DNA of 64,000 nt from an uncultured Ruminococcus sp. (GTDB lineage Bacteria; Bacillota; Clostridia; Oscillospirales; Ruminococcaceae), in assembly GCA_964556595.1 (NCBI GenBank), contig CAZKXB010000001.1, positions 48,214 through 112,213 on the forward strand, given 5' to 3'. The position numbers were made by a program, and so were the translations under genes. The notes beneath the pieces were generated by a model. It did no database searches, was not told the origin of the DNA, and saw nothing but the letters and a program-made list of their open reading frames with translations. Positions 62,474-64,000 of this stretch are shown in pieces (position 1 is the stretch's first letter; each line of letters begins with the position of its first letter).

Positions 62474-63678
62474 TGGTTATCACTAACGTTAAAATCATCT
62501 CCATGTCCGACAAGGACTACGAAAACGGCTATGTGCGCATTGAAAACGGCGTTTTTTCGGAAATAGGCGATATGGCGGACTACATTCAGCCGATTGACGA
62601 TATTATAGACGGCAGGGGAATGACAATGTACCCAGGCTTTATAGACGCGCACTGCCACATCGGTATGTGGGACGACGGACTTACCTTTGAGGGTGAGGAC
62701 GGCAATGAGGACACCGACCCCTCTACCCCGCACCTGCGCGCAATCGACAGCATTAACCCGCTTGACCGCTGCTATGAGGACGCGGTGCGCGCGGGCGTTA
62801 CCACAGTCTGCACGGGCGTGGGCAGCGCAAATCCCATCGGCGGCAGCTTCGTGATAATGCACACTAGCGGCAGCAAGCGTGTGGACAAGCTGATTATTCA
62901 GTCGCCCTGCGCGATTAAATTCGCTTTGGGCGAAAATCCCAAAAACACCTACAATGACCGTGATGAAACTCCCGTCACCCGCATGGCTACCGCCGCGATA
63001 ATCCGCGAGCAGCTTATGAAAGCAAAGCGCTATCTTGCGGACAAAAAGGAATACGAGCGCCTTAAAGGCACTGAGGACGAGATTTCCGAGCCGGATTTTG
63101 ATATTAAGTGCGAAGCGCTTATCCCGCTTTTCAGCGAGGAAAACAAGCTTAAAGCACATTTTCACTGCCACCGCGCGGACGATATCTTCACCGCAATTCG
63201 CCTTTCAAAGGAGTTCGGGCTGGACTATGTGCTTATCCACTGCACAGACGGCGCGGTTATCGCGGACGAACTGTCTGAGGACGCTCCCGCTGTTGTTGTA
63301 GGACCTCTTTTTGGCGACAGGGGCAAACCCGAACTTTGCAACCACGATATCACCACTCCCGCCGTGCTTGCCGAAAACGGCATAAAGTGCGCCATCTGCA
63401 CCGACCACCCCGAAACCCCGATACAGTATCTGCCGCTTACAGCGGCGCTTGCGGTAAAGGGCGGACTTTCCGAAGCCGAAGCGCTGCGCGGTATAACAAT
63501 TTACCCCGCGCAGATACTTGGCATTGCCGACAAACTGGGAAGCATTGAAGTGGGAAAGCGCGCGGATTTCTCGCTGTTTGACGGCAGTCCGCTCAGTCTT
63601 TCATCATCTGCGCGGCTTACGGCGATAGACGGCAAAATTATGTACAGCGCGGACGGATTTTCTGTGAAAGGAATATAA
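62473..63678 (+). CDS. Metal-dependent amidohydrolase
   Basis: PGFIDAHCH, KFALGENPK, HCHRADD, TDHP, GKRADF. Confidence 0.9.
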   Translation: MVITNVKIISMSDKDYENGYVRIENGVFSEIGDMADYIQPIDDIIDGRGMTMYPGFIDAHCHIGMWDDGLTFEGEDGNEDTDPSTPHLRAIDSINPLDRCYEDAVRAGVTTVCTGVGSANPIGGSFVIMHTSGSKRVDKLIIQSPCAIKFALGENPKNTYNDRDETPVTRMATAAIIREQLMKAKRYLADKKEYERLKGTEDEISEPDFDIKCEALIPLFSEENKLKAHFHCHRADDIFTAIRLSKEFGLDYVLIHCTDGAVIADELSEDAPAVVVGPLFGDRGKPELCNHDITTPAVLAENGIKCAICTDHPETPIQYLPLTAALAVKGGLSEAEALRGITIYPAQILGIADKLGSIEVGKRADFSLFDGSPLSLSSSARLTAIDGKIMYSADGFSVKGI

Positions 63679-64000
63679 ATGTTACAAGCTTATGAGCAAC
63701 TGACAAAGCTGCTTTCGATAGAAATGAACTGCGCCCCCGATGCCTTTCGGCGCGATGAGAATGTAATCACTCTCCCCGCGCTTAATGACGGGCGCAGACA
63801 GTATCAGTCAGAACTGTATTTTTTCCACATGGCAACGCTTGGGGGAAACGCCGTGATTACCGCTGACGAGCGCCTGCACGGATTCCTCCGCCAATGGAGC
63901 GAGGGGAAAATCGGTCACGCTCTTTTTCAGCAGCCGAACCTGCTGCCGCTTGAAAGGAAGCTTAACAGCCACGGCTTCACGCTTACCGAAAGCTATCATA
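63679..64000 (+). CDS. Probable GNAT-family protein, N-terminal part, runs off the window
   Basis: GAAAGGA RBS; MLQAYEQLTKLLSIEMNCAPDAF...FFHMATLGGNAVITAD; open to the edge; family call is tentative. Confidence 0.55.
   Translation, partial: MLQAYEQLTKLLSIEMNCAPDAFRRDENVITLPALNDGRRQYQSELYFFHMATLGGNAVITADERLHGFLRQWSEGKIGHALFQQPNLLPLERKLNSHGFTLTESYH

Overview
Mostly core chromosome of a spore-forming Clostridia-class bacterium. It is probably Oscillospiraceae/Ruminococcaceae, inferred from gene content and style. In order: a carboxyltransferase (runs off the left edge); the S2P-scpA-scpB-ytfI-ytfJ-dacB-rluB operon; a complete spoIIIAA-AH operon with a sigma-E-type promoter; a Trp T-box driving a stand-alone trpB; a CotH-family protein, small metabolic genes and surface proteins; the dcw cluster (mraZ to ftsZ, with no ftsA, murC or murD); an accessory stretch at about 39.8-46.0 kb; a SipW-like gene, ECF S component, udp, HAD and GGDEF-EAL genes; a type II fatty-acid/ACC cluster; aroE-aroK; an amidohydrolase; and a GNAT-like gene running off the right edge. 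The accessory stretch holds a palindrome cluster, a DUF1540-like small protein, two tandem paralogous unknown proteins, and mobile-element debris plus an ADP-ribosylglycohydrolase between convergent tRNA-Leu and tRNA-Thr. Best leads: (1) the paralog pair at 40739-43386, which shares a conserved C-terminal module; (2) the trpB leader, which stacks a 5' hairpin, a T-box, a Trp-codon mini-ORF and a palindromic repeat; (3) that repeat, present as a full four-hairpin copy at 52168-52308; (4) a structured element at 39939-40186 bounded by identical 30-nt hairpins; (5) a SipW-like protein lacking its catalytic residues. No CRISPR array, rRNA or intact transposase/integrase was seen. Family assignments come from motif recognition only; no searches were run.
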